DNA from: Octopus bimaculoides
Taxonomy: Eukaryota
Direction: 5' to 3'
DNA: 32,624 nt
Assembly: GCF_001194135.2 (NCBI RefSeq)
Contig: NC_068994.1
Coordinates: forward strand, 34,891,349-34,923,972
Position 1 is the stretch's first letter. Every line of letters starts with the position of its first letter. Positions 31,526 to 32,624 of the stretch are shown here, piece after piece. The position numbers were made by a program, and so were the translations under genes. The notes under the pieces are model-generated. The model was not told the DNA's origin, searched no databases, and saw nothing but the letters and a program-made list of their open reading frames with translations.

Positions 31526-32289
31526 CTTGATATAAGGGGATCCTGAACACCATTTTGATAATAAAAAAAGAAAAAATGCTCTATCGGTGAATGACACTCT
31601 CATGTTTAAAACCAGTTTTTAACTATAAGAATACCTAAAATATTGTTTCTCCTATCCACCAGTTCTATCACTCGATATAACATGTTAGAAAATAAGCCAG
31701 CGATAAAGTTTGTACACTAGCCCCTTTGCCTGTGAATGAAAATTTGCATGCATTCAGATATGAAACTACACATTGATGAAGTCTCTAAAAATCCACAAGA
31801 AATAAACGATTATGCCTTTAAGAACAAAATTTAATACAAGTTACATCGCCATTGAATTTGTAAAATTAAAGATGTTCATTGAATGGTGTAGTTCAAAGCA
31901 AACAGAGCTATTGATGTTGGGTTAAAACCCTTGCATGATAATAAAAAAAAAAGGGGGCCAAAGGTTAAGCACAGGACACAACCATGCACCTTCTATAATC
32001 ATGACAGATTGTGCTACCAATTGCGCCTGAGAAACCTTTGGTCTCTCTTCCATCAAATTAGAGAGTGTAATCTGACAAGTGAGAAAGTCTGTTTACAAGC
32101 AGAAGATAAGAGAGTAAGTGTTGTAATCAAACAAACAAGCTAGCAAGCAAACTAACACAGTGAAAATAGAGGTACTGCATGTTTAGGTGGTCTGAAACAT
32201 CCTTTGAGGGAAATAATGGTAGCAGTATCGACACATGATTCTAGAAATATAAACACATATACACACACATACATATGTATATGCATATG

Positions 32290-32363
<74 letters not shown>

Positions 32364-32364
<1 letters not shown>

Positions 32365-32541
32365 CCGCAGGAGTGGTTGAGTGGTAAGTAGCTTGCTTAC
32401 CAACCACATGGTTCCGGGTTCATTCCACTGTGTGGCACCTTGGGCAAGTGCCTTCTACTATAGACCTATAGACTCAGGTCGACCAAAGCCTTGTGAGTGG
32501 ATTTGGTAGACGGAAACTGAAAGAAGCCCATTGTATGTATG

Positions 32542-32592
<51 letters not shown>

Positions 32593-32624
32593 TTGTGTCT
32601 GTGTTTGTCCCCCCAACATCGCTT
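32364..32624 (+). mobile_element. SINE family A, well-preserved copy truncated by the window end
   Basis: GCAGGAGTGGTTGAGTGGTAAGTAGCTTGCTTACCAACCACATGGTTCCGGGTTCA..CCTTGGGCAAGTG. Confidence 0.9.

Overview
AT-rich, microsatellite-saturated animal genomic DNA. The SINE/LINE repertoire points to an octopod cephalopod, probably Octopus (inference). There are seven N-gaps (about 3.1 kb, 9.6% of the window). No intact protein-coding gene is recognisable; nearly all long ORFs in the track come from simple repeats or N-runs. The window is an intron-like or intergenic retroelement graveyard. It holds two abundant tRNA-derived SINE families (here called A, CORE-like, and B, Nin/Deu-like), RTE-type 3' ends, and decayed LINE coding fragments: RTE RT at 24.7 kb, Rex3/Expander-like RTE at 19.4-19.9 kb, a CR1-group C-terminus at 10 kb, L1/Tx1 at 28.0-28.7 kb, and R4/Dong-like RLE elements at 27.5 and 28.8-30.1 kb. 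hAT relics are also present. Best leads: (1) a two-copy repeat carrying all three hammerhead core strands in a non-canonical order, with a covarying helix; (2) a 3' terminus shared between SINE B and an L1/Tx1 element, both flanked by ATT/ATC microsatellites; (3) a microsatellite-anchored retroelement pile-up at 27.2-30.4 kb. Family names come from motif recognition, not database searches.
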